Below are positions 13,092-25,479 of a stretch of DNA of 64,000 nucleotides, one piece after another (positions within the stretch are counted from its first letter, which is position 1; each line of letters begins with the position of its first letter). This stretch comes from Octopus sinensis. Its lineage: Eukaryota. The DNA lies in NCBI RefSeq assembly GCF_006345805.1, contig NC_042998.1, positions 108,004,001 to 108,068,000 on the forward strand. Reading direction: 5' to 3'. The notes beneath the pieces were generated by a model. The model was not told where the DNA came from, ran no database searches, and was given only the letters and a program-made list of their open reading frames with translations. Both the position numbers and the translations under genes were made by a program.

Positions 13092-13168
13092 GATCGTACT
13101 GATGAGTCCTACGGATGAAGGATTACGTAACTGATTTATTCGTTAATAGACGAAATCGGTATGCGATT
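13092..13168 (+). ncRNA. Type I hammerhead ribozyme motif with intact core and extended stem II
   Basis: gatcgta-CTGATGA-gtc(40 nt)gac-GAAA-tcgg-TA-tgcgatt; 7-bp stem I with two G-U pairs; GUA cleavage triplet. Confidence 0.72.
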
Positions 13169-13439
13169 AATTCTTGATTTTTATATAATTTTCATGTCTT
13201 GCCCGCCTATTGTTCTGGTGTCTGCTGAATTTTCTCTAGGTAACATTCTTTCTTTGTAGTTTGATCGTAGGTGATCTATTTCTAGCACATGGCTGTCTAC
13301 ATAGTGGTTTTTAGTCCTTAAAATATACACATGTATTAGAATTTTCTCTGATTTTTTCAGATTTTTGTATGCTAGGCTACTGGTTTTAAATTGATATTAA
13401 TTAAATTAATATTCAATTTATCTCCCTCATTATTTAAAT

Positions 13440-13472
<33 letters not shown>

Positions 13473-13519
13473 CCCATGCTAGCATGGAAAGCGGATGCTA
13501 AATGATGATGATGATATAT

Positions 13520-13941
13520 GTATAGTGAAGACCTGTCAAGCCAAGTGAAATCATAGTCATGGCTGTTGTTGGTTATCATGTAACTGGCACCCATGCTGGT
13601 GGCACGTCAGGGTATTGGGCCTCATGAAGGCAAAGTGGTCAAGTTCCTTTCAAGTGTTAGACCTCATGGAGGTAAGGACTGAGACCATTGGCATTATGTT
13701 GTGCTTTAGAAGAAGACCCATCAAGCCGAGTAAAATCACAGTCGTGGCAGATACTGGTGTCACGCACATGACCATACAAAACCATGCCAAATCAGGCTGG
13801 AGTCTGGAGCTTGTTGGCCCTGGACAAACCATCCAACCCATGCCAGCATGGACAACAGATGTTACATGATGATGATATATAAATATTTGTGTATATATTC
13901 TTTTATACACAAATACATACATACATGCATACATATATATA

Positions 13942-13977
<36 letters not shown>

Positions 13978-14110
13978 CATCCTCATTTAACGTCTGCTTT
14001 ACATGCTAGCATAGGTTGGACGATTTGATTGAGGACTGGCAAACCAGATGGCTGCACCAGACTCCAATCTGATCTGGCTGAGTTTCTACAGCTGGATGCC
14101 CTTCCTAATG
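13520..14110. mobile_element. RTE LINE 3'-end copies in opposite orientations (~13520-13875 +, ~13975-14110 -)
   Basis: Family tail sequence with (ATG)n / (CAT)n ends separated by a TA microsatellite. Confidence 0.75.
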
Positions 14111-14199
14111 CCAGAATCAGAATAAAAGGACAACAAAGGTGTCTAACTGTTCTAGCACTGTTAACCATTTGCCCTGCAACAATCACTAACATTATCAAG

Positions 14200-15100
14200 C
14201 ATGACCTACATCAAATATTTGAATTTGTTTGCAAAACAGATGTTCTGTAGACAGAATGTTCAACCTTGCTTATCTAAAGTTCAAAAGCAAGACATCTACA
14301 AGTTCCCTTAGCCAACTCCAATATGCAGTTTCTTCAAAAAAAAAAATCTGCAATAGATACTGACTGCCTTCAGCTGTATATACTAGAAACATAGAGTAAG
14401 CATCAACTCTAAAAAGAATCAAATAATTTGCAGACCATCACCAACTGAGACAAACCAAACAGAGCCATTGATTCAACATGGTGAACCTACTCTGCTAAAT
14501 GCAAGCATTTTCTATACTTTGAAAGTTTCCTTAGCTCTAATGTTGATAAAATCATTCATCATTTTACATGTGCTGGGATACTTTTGGGATGTCTCCAAAG
14601 AGGACATTTCCCCTAATTATGATATTTAAATAGACACCAAAACATTAGTGTATAGAGATGTGGTAATTCCAATATTCTTGTATGGATAAGAAGATATAGA
14701 CAACAAATGGAAAACATTTGAAGGCAATTTGAAAGGTTCTGATAATGCTGTCATCAAAACATCTTAAATATCAGCTCAGAAGACAAGAAAAACTTATGTT
14801 AGTGTATAGACTGCAGTGAAAGCATCAAGTATTGAAGTCTTCATCATCAAGAACCAGGAGTCATATTATTTGAATTAAAGATGAAAGTTGATTGAAACAA
14901 ATTTTGTTTAAAGATGACAGATGTAATACAGATGAATAACAAGAGATTTGGAGATATCTCATAAGCCATTATGAAAATATATAAAAACATTAATAACAGG
15001 TAAACTAGTGTCATAGATAGAAATTCTGAAAACCAATATCAAGGATGGAATAGTAACTTTTGAAGTCAATAGATGCACAATATTGGAAGAAAACAAAAAG
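14200..15100 (+). mobile_element. Highly decayed BovB-like RTE LINE C-terminal fragment
   Basis: Broken frames resembling ILNISWED...SIE...KQIL and IKDGIVTFEVNR. Confidence 0.45.
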
Positions 15101-15819
15101 AGAGGTAGCATAAACAAAATTTTCAGCAGAACCAAAACATAATCTGCCATTTGAAACACTTTGTACTGAAAGAACTTTCAAAGCAAAGATAGGACTCACA
15201 AGCACCATAAATAAATCAATGAAATAGAGATCATCAAACAGGAGTAGCCAAAATAATATTTTGAGAAAAGCAGACAAAAATGGAAGTTTGCATATATCTG
15301 TGACATGCAGATTGAAGGTGTGCGTTGTTCTGAATTGCAAGACTATGTGCTAGAGAAAATTGGGATGTTATCAGGAAATATATTTGAAATGATAGTTGTA
15401 TACTTGCCTTGACTGACAGTGAAAAGAAAAAGAAGTACTTTCTTGAGAAACTGTTGAAAAAGAGAAGAGGGCCTCATTTAGGTAGATTCAACAGAGTGTC
15501 TAGCCACACACACTAATAGAATTATTGTTGATAGAACTAAAAATATGCAGACAGGGCAGGCAGCTTGACTGTCAAGTATAGTCAATGAAACAGTGAAAAT
15601 ATCTGGCAGGGTAGGTTATGCACATAGTCAGTCAGGTAGTGCAGGAAGGTGTCACATCTGATGATTGACAGAGCAGAGTTATAGTAAACTGCTATAAGAG
15701 TAAAAAAGAAGCATGTGATAAAGGAAATTATAGGGGCACAAAGTTGATTGATCAAGGTATGGAAGTTATTGAAAGAGCTATAGTGCAACTGAGTAGGTAC
15801 AAAGTTAGTGAGAATTTAC

Positions 15820-16040
15820 AAAAAAAACCAAAAGACAAAGACGGGTGTGCAAACAACAAACAGATGTATTAGTTTAACACTAGGGAAGTGACAAAGTCTT
15901 TTATGTTTTGAGCCTAAGCTCTTTGACCGAAAGGAACACAAATAAACAGGGAGAGAAAATAGAAAAAGGTATAGTGGCTCGCGATCTATCATGGTGAATG
16001 TCGGTCAGAGGGGTCACACAGGAGAGCTAGGAAGAAGAGG
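15820..16040 (-). repeat. PLE-like terminal repeat family copy carrying the variant hammerhead-like motif (15897-15934)
   Basis: Homologous to 42140-42330, 45392-45570 and 50958-51200. Confidence 0.75.
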
Positions 16041-16049
16041 AAATAATAA

Positions 16050-16390
16050 AGTAGTGGTGCCAGTCAGGCAGTACTGGCACTGGCCATGACAATGATTTCA
16101 CTTGACTCAACAGGTCTTCTCAAGCATAGTTTAATGCCTAATAATTGAAGGGTACTTTTAAATGGGCCAGTTATGTGACACTGGCATAGGCCATGGTTAT
16201 AGTTTCACTTGGCTTGCTGGGTCTTCTCAAGCACAACATAACTCCAAAGGTCTTGGTTGCTTGTCATTGCCTCTGTGAGGCCCAACCTTTGAAGGTTGTG
16301 CTTCACCACCTCATCCCAGGTCTACCTCTTCCACAGCTTCCTTCCAATGTTAGAGTGTGACACTTTTTCACATAGCTGTCCTCATCCAGC
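16050..16390 (-). mobile_element. RTE LINE 3' fragment
   Basis: DEDSYVKKCHTLTLEGSCGRGR...WDEVVKH-type frame plus 3' UTR. Confidence 0.75.
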
Positions 16391-16939
16391 AGAGGTAGGA
16401 GCTCTCTGAACTTTGCCCAGGCTATTCTAGCAGCTATACTCTCAGAGCATCCACCCCAGCTACTGACTTAGAAGTGAGAATTAACAAAGAAACAGTGACA
16501 AACTCAGTGTGAATGGTGAGACTCACTAAAGTTCAGTTCTTAATCTTGTTTTTGTATTCTAGTCCTCTAAGTTATAACAGAGAAATTTAAGACTAGTTGT
16601 CTGGGGGAACTCCTTTATGCAGATAAACTAATTTTCACAGCAAAATCTAGAGTAAATTTATAAAACAAAATCTAGAAATGGAAACAAAACCTGAATTGAG
16701 AGTCCTCAGAGTTTTAATAAATAGGGGGAAAAAAACCCAGAACACTAATGCTATTGGAGTAAAAGTGATGCTCAATACTCAGAAATGGAGTAGGTAGAAA
16801 TTTTATAAATTGTATCCAGTATAAACTACAGATGCATAAGGAGTGTAGTGGGATCACAGACAATCTAACAAAGAAAGTAAACTTCATTTGTACACTGGGG
16901 CAATAAAAGCTCATAGGATATTCTTTCAAAAAGCAAGAA

Positions 16940-17500
16940 AAGTCCTTAAAAGTAATTGATCACTTTTCTTACCTAGATGACCTAATTAGTAGTGGGAGCA
17001 GGTGTTTTGAAAGCAGAGTAACTAATGTAATAACGTGGCAGAAAAATTTCAGAGAGTTATTGTCTCTGTTGACAGCAAAAAGCTTCCTTTGTGAGTGGAA
17101 AGTAAATTGGATGAGGCTTGTGTACAAACTACACAAGTCAGTGTAGTAGTGACAGTGGGTCCTGATTGCAGACAACTTGCAGGGACTAGAAGGAAACAAT
17201 GAAGTCTACTGGATATGTAATGTTAGAGGGTATGAATGATGGAGTACAAATGACATAAGAGAAAAACCCGGATGTAAAAGGAAACAGATGTAGTGTGCAA
17301 GACAAATGACAGTGTGGGTATGGACATATGAGGTATACTGAGTTTGACAGCTGAAAGGGAATGGAACTAGTGGAAGAGGGAGATGCAGGAAGACTTGCGA
17401 TGAAGGGATAAAGACTGATCTCATAAAACAGGTGACAAAGTGCTGTGACTATTAGTGACACATGGTACAACAGAATACTCACTTAACCATGCAAACATAG
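16940..17500 (+). mobile_element. Decayed RTE LINE RT C-terminal fragment
   Basis: FTYLDDLISSGSRCFES...KFQRVIVSVDSK frame similar to the other RTE copies. Confidence 0.65.
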
Positions 17501-19589
17501 CAAAACATGTGTTAAAATGGGGATAGTGAATGCAGCTGTGATGTAACGTTCAAACACATGCATATGAGCCAGTTTCCCATTTTGTTTTCCCAAGTCTTGA
17601 CGTGCTGTCCATTTTGCTTATAGAATACCCTATTATTTCTCTGTTAATCCCTCTCCTATGTTCTGTACTCTGCTACCTTTTTAATGAGGGATAACATTAG
17701 ATCTATCACAACTCTACCCACCATCCAAATCTCTCTACATTTCTCCTCCTTGCATTATGATGCCTGAGTAACAAAAGATTGAATCAGATCTGTTAGCATC
17801 TAATACACTCTTCCATCTACCCTTGTGTTTTGCTAACTTCCACTCAGTCTTACTCTAGTCACACTTATTGACATCCCTCACTCTCTTACCATTGCCATCT
17901 TGCTCTCTCTCTCTCAGCATTGAATATAATCCCTCTCTTCCAGGTGACTTGTTATTGATATTCATCTCTTTCTCTTTTGCCAGCAAACAAGTAGCAACCA
18001 GAGAGTCTCTTTCTCATTACACTTTATCATTATTGTCTTTCTTCTATTATCCTAGTGAAACTCCTTTCTAGTCTCCCTCTCCATCTACACTTGTTCTAAT
18101 CACCCTGTTCTTCACCATCATTCACTTGTTTCTTTTCCTCACTCACTCCAGTTCAACTGCTGCATTCACCTTCGACTCTCTATGCTGATCATATTTATTA
18201 TCCTGAATGAGTGGAGACAACATAGAATAATTTTGTCTTAAGAGTATGAGGCAACTTCGCAAGTGCTGCTGCTGCAATATGTGCCTAATACATTCTGTAA
18301 CGTAGTTGACAAATGAGGAACATACTGTAAGGTCAAGAATATACTTTAGTATTGATCTGTCAAGGACATGACAACTTTTCTGGTGATGGTTCCATGGTAA
18401 AGTGCACTTAGTACACACTGTGTCAAGAAAAATATCCACCTATAGAAATCATGTTGAAAAAAGAACATGTGAGGAAGATGTGGGCTTCCACTCTTCTAGG
18501 AGGACATTAACTCTGAATAAGAACTAACTTGGACTGTGTCAACCCATCCAACCAACCAGCATAGAAATTAGACATAAAACAATGATGATGGTAGGTGATT
18601 AACCCTAACTCAGTTTGTCTGCAGATGGTGGATATTAGGATGGCCCCTAGAGTTAACTTATCAAATAAAATAACTTGTGAACCAACTGGTAGCAAGAGAT
18701 AGGATGGATAGGTAGTTCCTACTTTCCTATAAAATATATCAAAGTTCCATAGACAGGGCTATTTAGTGAATCAAAAGTGCCAAAGAAAAACGTAACCTCT
18801 GCTACACTTTGCAGACTAGTATGATAGTGCAAACAACTAAAGAGAAAAACCTTGAATAAATCCAAAATGAAGGGACCTGTGGGGAGTTGTGGATAGATCT
18901 GCTACTAGACTATACTTTTTGTATCCCTTGCAACTTTGCTTGGTTTTCAAATTTATCAATTCTTCTCCTTCCATTGAAACTAATTAGCATGGCTAAGAGA
19001 AGTTACACAACTGGACAAAGCACATTTTTCATATTACATTCTTCAAATAAAAGAATTATAGCCATAGTAGCATTCAGTCAAGAGAGTGGATATTCCATCC
19101 ATACATAGGTAATGTGGCAGTTACAAATTATAAGTCTTTGCAAATTGATGATGAGAGATGATGTTATAGGTCAATTCTTTTCAGTTGCACTGATCAGTAA
19201 AGTGCTAATCCATCACATCTGTTTGCCTGATGGGGTATATGAAGATGGATTTAAAGCCAACAAGCAGACATAAGTTGAAACAAAGCAAAACAACATCACT
19301 GAAGTTGAAGATCTGAAATGTGAGAATGTGTACTGGACTTGTCAATACTGACTTGCAATAGAATGTTTGAATGAGAAGGCAAGATTGGCTAACTCTGAGT
19401 ATTTGAAAGTGAATCATTATATATTTTACTGAAAAGGCTGTAGATCTGAAGACTATGCTGTGCATGGAGACAGCAATAAATTCTTTAGCAATATCAATAC
19501 ACCTGTGAGAGAGAATAGGAACATCCTGTCTTTAAAGTTAAACAACTAGTAAGACTTTGCAAACATTATTTAGTGCATATGTCATCACT

Positions 19590-20330
19590 CCTCAACTCTT
19601 CTGGGTGACTTCAATGCTTGAGAGAGATCTGATTATTCAAATTGGTCTTTCTTGGGACAGTTTGGAGTTGGTGCAATCAACAAAAATAGACAGTGCTCTG
19701 CTCTCATGACTCTTTCAATGTAACAAACGCATTCTACAATGGTAAAAAAACTAGACCTAGATGTCTACATTGACCAAGATCACATAAGAACACTGATTCT
19801 GATACAAATCTCATCCTTTTTATTGCTACAGCCAAAAGAGAGATTTAATAAAAAAAAAAAAAAATTCAGAAGGGCAAGATGCTACAGTACAATGCAACCT
19901 TAAGCAAACTAATTGTGGAGCAGTTGAACTCTATGTTTAGTTGCTTCTCGGTTTGTTTCATTTTCCTCGATAAAACTTAGAATTGCCTAAAAGAAGCAAT
20001 GTGTGATACTGCTATCAAAATATTTTGGACAAATAAAGCATCTGAAGTAAACTTGGTTGAAGAAAATGCATCTACAATTATAACACTGTTATAGGAAAAA
20101 GAAAGAAGTGCCTAACTGAAGTTTGATGAAAATTCAATGGAAACTACAGCCAATCAACTTAGAACTGTTAAGTCAAAAGCATAAAGAACAGCTTGAAAGT
20201 GTGCTATCAATTACTAAGAAGAAATTTTGCACTATTCAGCATGCCTTAGATATAGGAGACAAGGTGAAAAGACTGCTCTTACATTTTTAAATTGTGAAAG
20301 TTTCCCACTTAAAGTCTTCAACTGGTATTC
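19590..20330 (+). mobile_element. Decayed RTE (BovB-like) endonuclease-to-RT fragment
   Basis: LLGDFNA...FLGQFGVGAINKN apurinic endonuclease motif, then a W.EEN...I..LL-type frame. Confidence 0.6.
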
Positions 20331-21049
20331 CAATTCTAGACATTCTAGACAGGAGAGTATAGTATATAACAAGGGACTGAGTACTACTCCACTATGTTAA
20401 CCTCCATTTGTAACAAAAATAATTTAAGCAAACACTTGGCTAACATTATTCTATGATGCCCTAAAATGACAGAAATAGAAAGGAACCCCAACAACCATAC
20501 TGATCTACCTAGTAGTAAAAACAGCAAAACAGTGATAATATTCTGTCTGAATTTTACAAAGGGAACAAAGGCGTTTTTTCCTCTTCTTTAAGAACTCCTG
20601 ATGCTTTGTTGGAGGTAGAAAACTATAGAAAACTATTCCAACTGAAATAGGAGTAAGAAATGCTGATATGAGAGCATGTGTGTTTGTGTCTCCTTGTCGT
20701 GACATTGTGTGAAAGTTGTAAATGAGTGTCACCAAACAAGCAGTGCTGTTCGTTTCCAATCTTTCATGTAAACATGTCTGGCCATGGGAAAACGTTATCA
20801 TACTTGGAAGCAGATGAGAAAATGGCAACAGGTAGGGCATCTGGCTGTAAAAAAACCTGAACTCCATTCAACCCATATAAGCATGGTTAAAAAAAGTATG
20901 TTAAAAAAAGATTAAAATTAAATTTTCATGCCTGAAAATTCTAACATCTTGAGTGTATGGAAAAAGAAGAGATTTTTTTAACTGCACTAATTATGTATAA
21001 AAATATAGTTAAATGCAGAATTGACAAGTAGGGAAATATAGAACAATCT

Positions 21050-22060
21050 CTCATTCACAGGCAAGTTTTAGTTGTGAAATGTCTGCTCTTAATTTTTGAC
21101 TTAACTTTTCATGAATATATAAACTTGATAAATTATATAAAATTTTGTCCACTGAATAATAGGACCATTACTGAGTTGTGTAAAGAACAGGGAAAAGAAT
21201 ATGAACACCTTTTGCATTATGAGTTATCAGTGGAATATAAAGGAAATGCTTTGGAATAACTTCTTGAATTATAAAATGAAATTTTATTGTTTCTAGATGA
21301 ACATGCTCTGTTAGCAAGAGATATATTTGATTTTAAAAATAGATTTCAAGAATTTGATTGGTTATTATGGCTGACCTACTTATATGAAATATTCTATTGT
21401 AAATGAATTAAATTTGAACTTGTAAAGCACAAACATAAATGTTGTTAAAGTTCATGGAGAAAGAAAAGCAATAATTAAATAACTGACTTTGTGGATGGAA
21501 CATGTTCTAAAAGGAAAATTTCAGTCCATTGAAGCATTATGTAAATTATAAAGAAATCATTTAGAAATAAACTTACAATTAGATGCATTTTCTGCATCAA
21601 TTCAAAAACAACTTTTAAGTTTAACAAAAAATTTGAATGAATATTCCCCATCCCAAAACTATGTCAACAAAGATTTGGATTAGAAATCCATTCAGTGAAA
21701 AGTCAGAAAATGAAGAAATGTTACAATAAAATGAACTAAGTGGATTTCTTAATTGAATTTTCATGCAACACTACTCTGAAACAAAAATTAAGAACATCTG
21801 AATTGGTTTTTGCTTAAGTTGTAAAGAGTATCTAAATTAATTATGTAAGAAAGTGGCCTAATTTTTAATGCATTTTGTTACAACTTAACAACGAAAAACT
21901 AGATTCCACATGTTGGTTTTTCTTAAAAAGAAAAAAAGAAAGATAAATACAAAATCAAATTCGATGTTGAGGAAGATTTGAGGCTAAAAATTAACCTCTT
22001 TTCCTCTTGATGTACAATTATTATGTTATAGCAAACAATATCCTCCTTCACATTAACGTG
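21050..22060 (+). mobile_element. hAT/Buster-family transposase relic (ZBED5/SCAND3-like)
   Basis: INYIKFCPLNNRTITELCKE..EYEHLLH, WL.YL..IF, DLDWIRNPF and DVEEDLRLK.T segments, with many stops and frameshifts. Confidence 0.85.
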
Positions 22061-22914
22061 TGAAAAATAATTATCTCTCGTTGAAGAAGAATAATGAATG
22101 AAATGGGAAAGAAAGAAAGCTTCCAACAATGCACAAAGTTTAAAAACCTTTATATTTCAGGTGCAAAAGGTCTATCTTTACTGATCCACTGCAAGGCCTA
22201 TCTTTATTGATCCACCAACTTAACCCCAAAAGTCAATGGTTGATTGAAATTGGGTCAGTGGCTTCTGTGAATATACTGTCAAACACTCCCTTTGTTACTG
22301 CAACCATGACCAACATCCTTACTACCACAATAGTGACTAGCACTGATACCTACCAGTACCCTCCACCACTGCTATTTCATGCCATATTGAGGAATGTTTG
22401 TTGTAAACTGCCATCAACCACCATGCCAGCAGATACTACAAGAACATACACCGCCAACTACTACCACAACACTTACCACTACCACCAACTATGGGGATGT
22501 AGACACCGCCACCACCACCACCACTACCGTTGCCAACCTCAACCAGTCTTCCTTGTCTCCAGCACAGCTGTCCCCATTGTGACAGGTACAACACCAACTA
22601 CAGCAGCATTTGGGGAAATGCTGCTACTAGCACAAGTACTGGTCTATCCAAAATGGCAGGATCTGTGTAAATATACATGTCTTTGACTGTATTCTTCTGA
22701 AGATAGGCCTTTGCACCCAAAATATGAAGTTTTTTTATAACTTTCTGCATTGTTAGAAGCTTTCCTTATTTCTTATTTCATTAATTATTCCACTTTTGTA
22801 CAACAATGCTTCAAGCAAACAACAATGCTCTTTAATTCTCGCTTGCATTTCTTTTGCATTCTTCATTTTGTTCATTTTCATTAAGAAGTAAATAAGTGTT
22901 TAATTTTACATTAT

Positions 22915-23225
22915 CACAGCCATGTGGTTTAAAAGTTCACTTCCGAACCATGTGGTTTCAGATGCAGTCCCACATGTGGTGCCTTGAGCAAGTGAGTTCT
23001 ATAGCCCTTGGTTGATGAAAGCCTTGTAGATTTGGTAGACAGAAACTATAAGAAGCTAGTTCTTGTATATGTGTGTGTGTGAATAAATGTGTGTGCTTGT
23101 GTATACTCTTCTCTTGACATCTTGTAAATGAGTACCACTGTCATGGAAGCAATGTTGTTCATCTCCAATCTTCCAGGGAAAACATGTCTAGGCATGAGGA
23201 AGTATTACTTAGTTTGGGAACAAGA
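22915..23225 (+). mobile_element. SINE family copy (related copies ~28290-28495 -, 42715-43105 +, 48290-48415 -)
   Basis: Shared cttccgaaccatgtggtt(c)...cagtcccac...gatttggtagacagaaact sequence. Confidence 0.7.
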
Positions 23226-23879
23226 TTCTCTCAGTTTCTGCCTACCAAATCTACTCATAAAGCTTTGGTCACCTTGGAGCTATGAATTGGAAGGATTGGT
23301 TATAAATGTCTTTCTTTTGCCTCCGTCTCTCTCTCTCTTTCTCTCATTCTCTCCCTCTGACTAGGTAATCATGTGTCTCCTCTACAGCAAGACACTTGTT
23401 TCTCTCTCTCTGTCACACTCTAACCTCTCATTACTTGGTACAAGGCTACCTCCTCCAATACTCCACTTTTCAAAGGATCTTTGCTTTGTGAGCTACCTTG
23501 TGATCCCACCAGTGCTGGTGCTATGTAAAAAGCATCCAGTCCATACTGTAAAGTGATTGGCATTTGGAAGGGCATCCAGCTGTAAAAACCATACTAAAGT
23601 AAACCTCGCTGGTGCTGGTGCTATGTAGAAAGCACCCAGGCCACTCTGTAAAGTAGTTGGCATTAGGAAGGGAATCCAACCATAAAAACCATGTCAAAAC
23701 AGACTTTGCCGGTGCTGGTGCCATATAAAAAGCACTCAGTCCACTCTGTAAGGTGGTTAGGAAGGGCATCCAACTATACAAACCATACCAAAATAGACAG
23801 AGAAGCTTAGTGCAGTCCTCTGGCCTGCCAGCTCCTGTCAAGCCATCCAACTACTGCCAACACAGAAAGCAAACATTAA

Positions 23880-24100
23880 CCCTTTAGGGTTCACATTATT
23901 CTGCCAAAATTAATCCTTTTTTATCCATATTGTTTTGAACTAATCATGCATTATCTTGTAGCTATGAGATTTTGATGAGGTAGCTGTTAATTTTTCAAAT
24001 GATCTTGTAGAGTTGGTGTGAGAGACCAGATCTGGCCATGCTGAACATAAAACAGGCAGAATACTTTTGGCTGGATATGGCCGGTTTAAATGCTAAAGGG
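23880..24100. mobile_element. piggyBac-type MITE inserted into the TTAA of an RTE 3' tail
   Basis: acaTTAA|ccctttag...ctaaaggg|TTAAatgatgatg; the interrupted tail demonstrates TTAA duplication. Confidence 0.85.
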
Positions 24101-24179
24101 TTAAATGATGATGATGATGTAATAAAAGCTACTTACTCCTAAACATTTGAAGAATTTTCTTTTTGACATAAGAAGTCTA

Positions 24180-24560
24180 CCTTCTTTTGCGACCCCACTA
24201 CATATCTTGTGCAACGAGTGCTTGCACCAAGTACACCATATGGAATTTCTACCTGAGCCTTTTTTGCAATTTGAGTTTATTTCTCTGACAGTACAATGTT
24301 CCTGCTTTCTCTAAATTTACTTTGAAACCTCTTGATTCTATATTTTGCTTCCAAATCTGGAATGTTTTCTCTAAGTCTTCTACAGATTCACCTATAAAAA
24401 CTAGTCATCAGCACATAGTAGTTACTTTACGCAACAAGTCTAAAACTCCTCTGCTAAGGCCTGTAGCACTAATAAGTATTTTGTAATCTTCCTAGAGATA
24501 ACATTTTCCTAGAGACTTTCTGCAAATAACATTCACACAAAGTATCATCTACCATGAGAT
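24180..24560 (-). mobile_element. RTE LINE RT fragment
   Basis: (Y/C)ADD-.FIGESVEDLEKTFQIWKQNIESRGFKVNLEK. Confidence 0.75.
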
Positions 24561-25479
24561 ATTTGAAACATAGATATGAATGAAGCATACTGAAGTTTTG
24601 GGGTGGAGATGTTATACTTATGATTTATATTTCATAGTTCAAATTATGCCAATTGTTTTTTTCTTTTCAAAGAAGCTAATATTAGTAGAGTATTGAAAGA
24701 TCCTCATAAATTAAACTTCTTTAGCATATTTGTGTTGTTTAATATGTGAAGTTAGCCTTGATGAAGCAAGACCTTGGTGAGAAATTAATTGTTTGATTGC
24801 TAAAGCATGGCATAGATATATCAAACAACACTGACTCATCCTGTCTGTTCTGTTACTCTATGGATAACTAGCCTAATCTTGTATACCTTAAATATTGGGT
24901 GGTTACTGAAGAAACATGTCACAACAACTAACAATAGGAGAGTGAGTGAAAGAATAGAATGTAAAAATCATTGCCCAGATGATATCAACACTTTCATATG
25001 TAATCACAATAATACAAAATAACTCACTCAAACAAATGAAATATCTCCACAAGTTTTAACATAATTTTCTATTCAACTCAATTACAGCTAGAAACAGAAA
25101 TATATTTCAGTTCTTGTAGGCTAAGAGAAGACACAGGTGATTTAAGACTCCACTGAATGGTGGCACTGATTTTCCATACATTACAAGCCTATAGAACTAA
25201 ATCTGACACTGGGGATTCAGGGGAGATTCAATATGCAGATAATATATTTTTAATTGTGAAATGAACCCCAGAAGTGAGGTTATTTTAAGGTAGGGAAAAT
25301 TTACTTTGCTTAGATGTTATTAAACAGTGGCAAATGTTTAACCAGTGGGGGATTATGACATGAAAGAGTTACAACTTAACACCTAACATGTAATGAATAT
25401 AAGGAGTTGATAAATCTCAGGATGACTGACAGCAAGTCTAGGAGGCAGTATGTTAAATAAAATCATAGAAAAAGAGATG

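Noticed and set aside
18143-18439. 98-aa minus-strand ORF as a host exon
   Set aside because: No suitable splice sites or phase; weakly resembles an RTE C-terminal region (IxHILQQQxLR)
22207-22686. Thr/His-rich ORFs resembling a mucin
   Set aside because: Driven by ACC/ACT low-complexity sequence, no splice support, opposite strand to the host gene; the nearby hammerhead-like relic (~22691-22730) is too decayed to call
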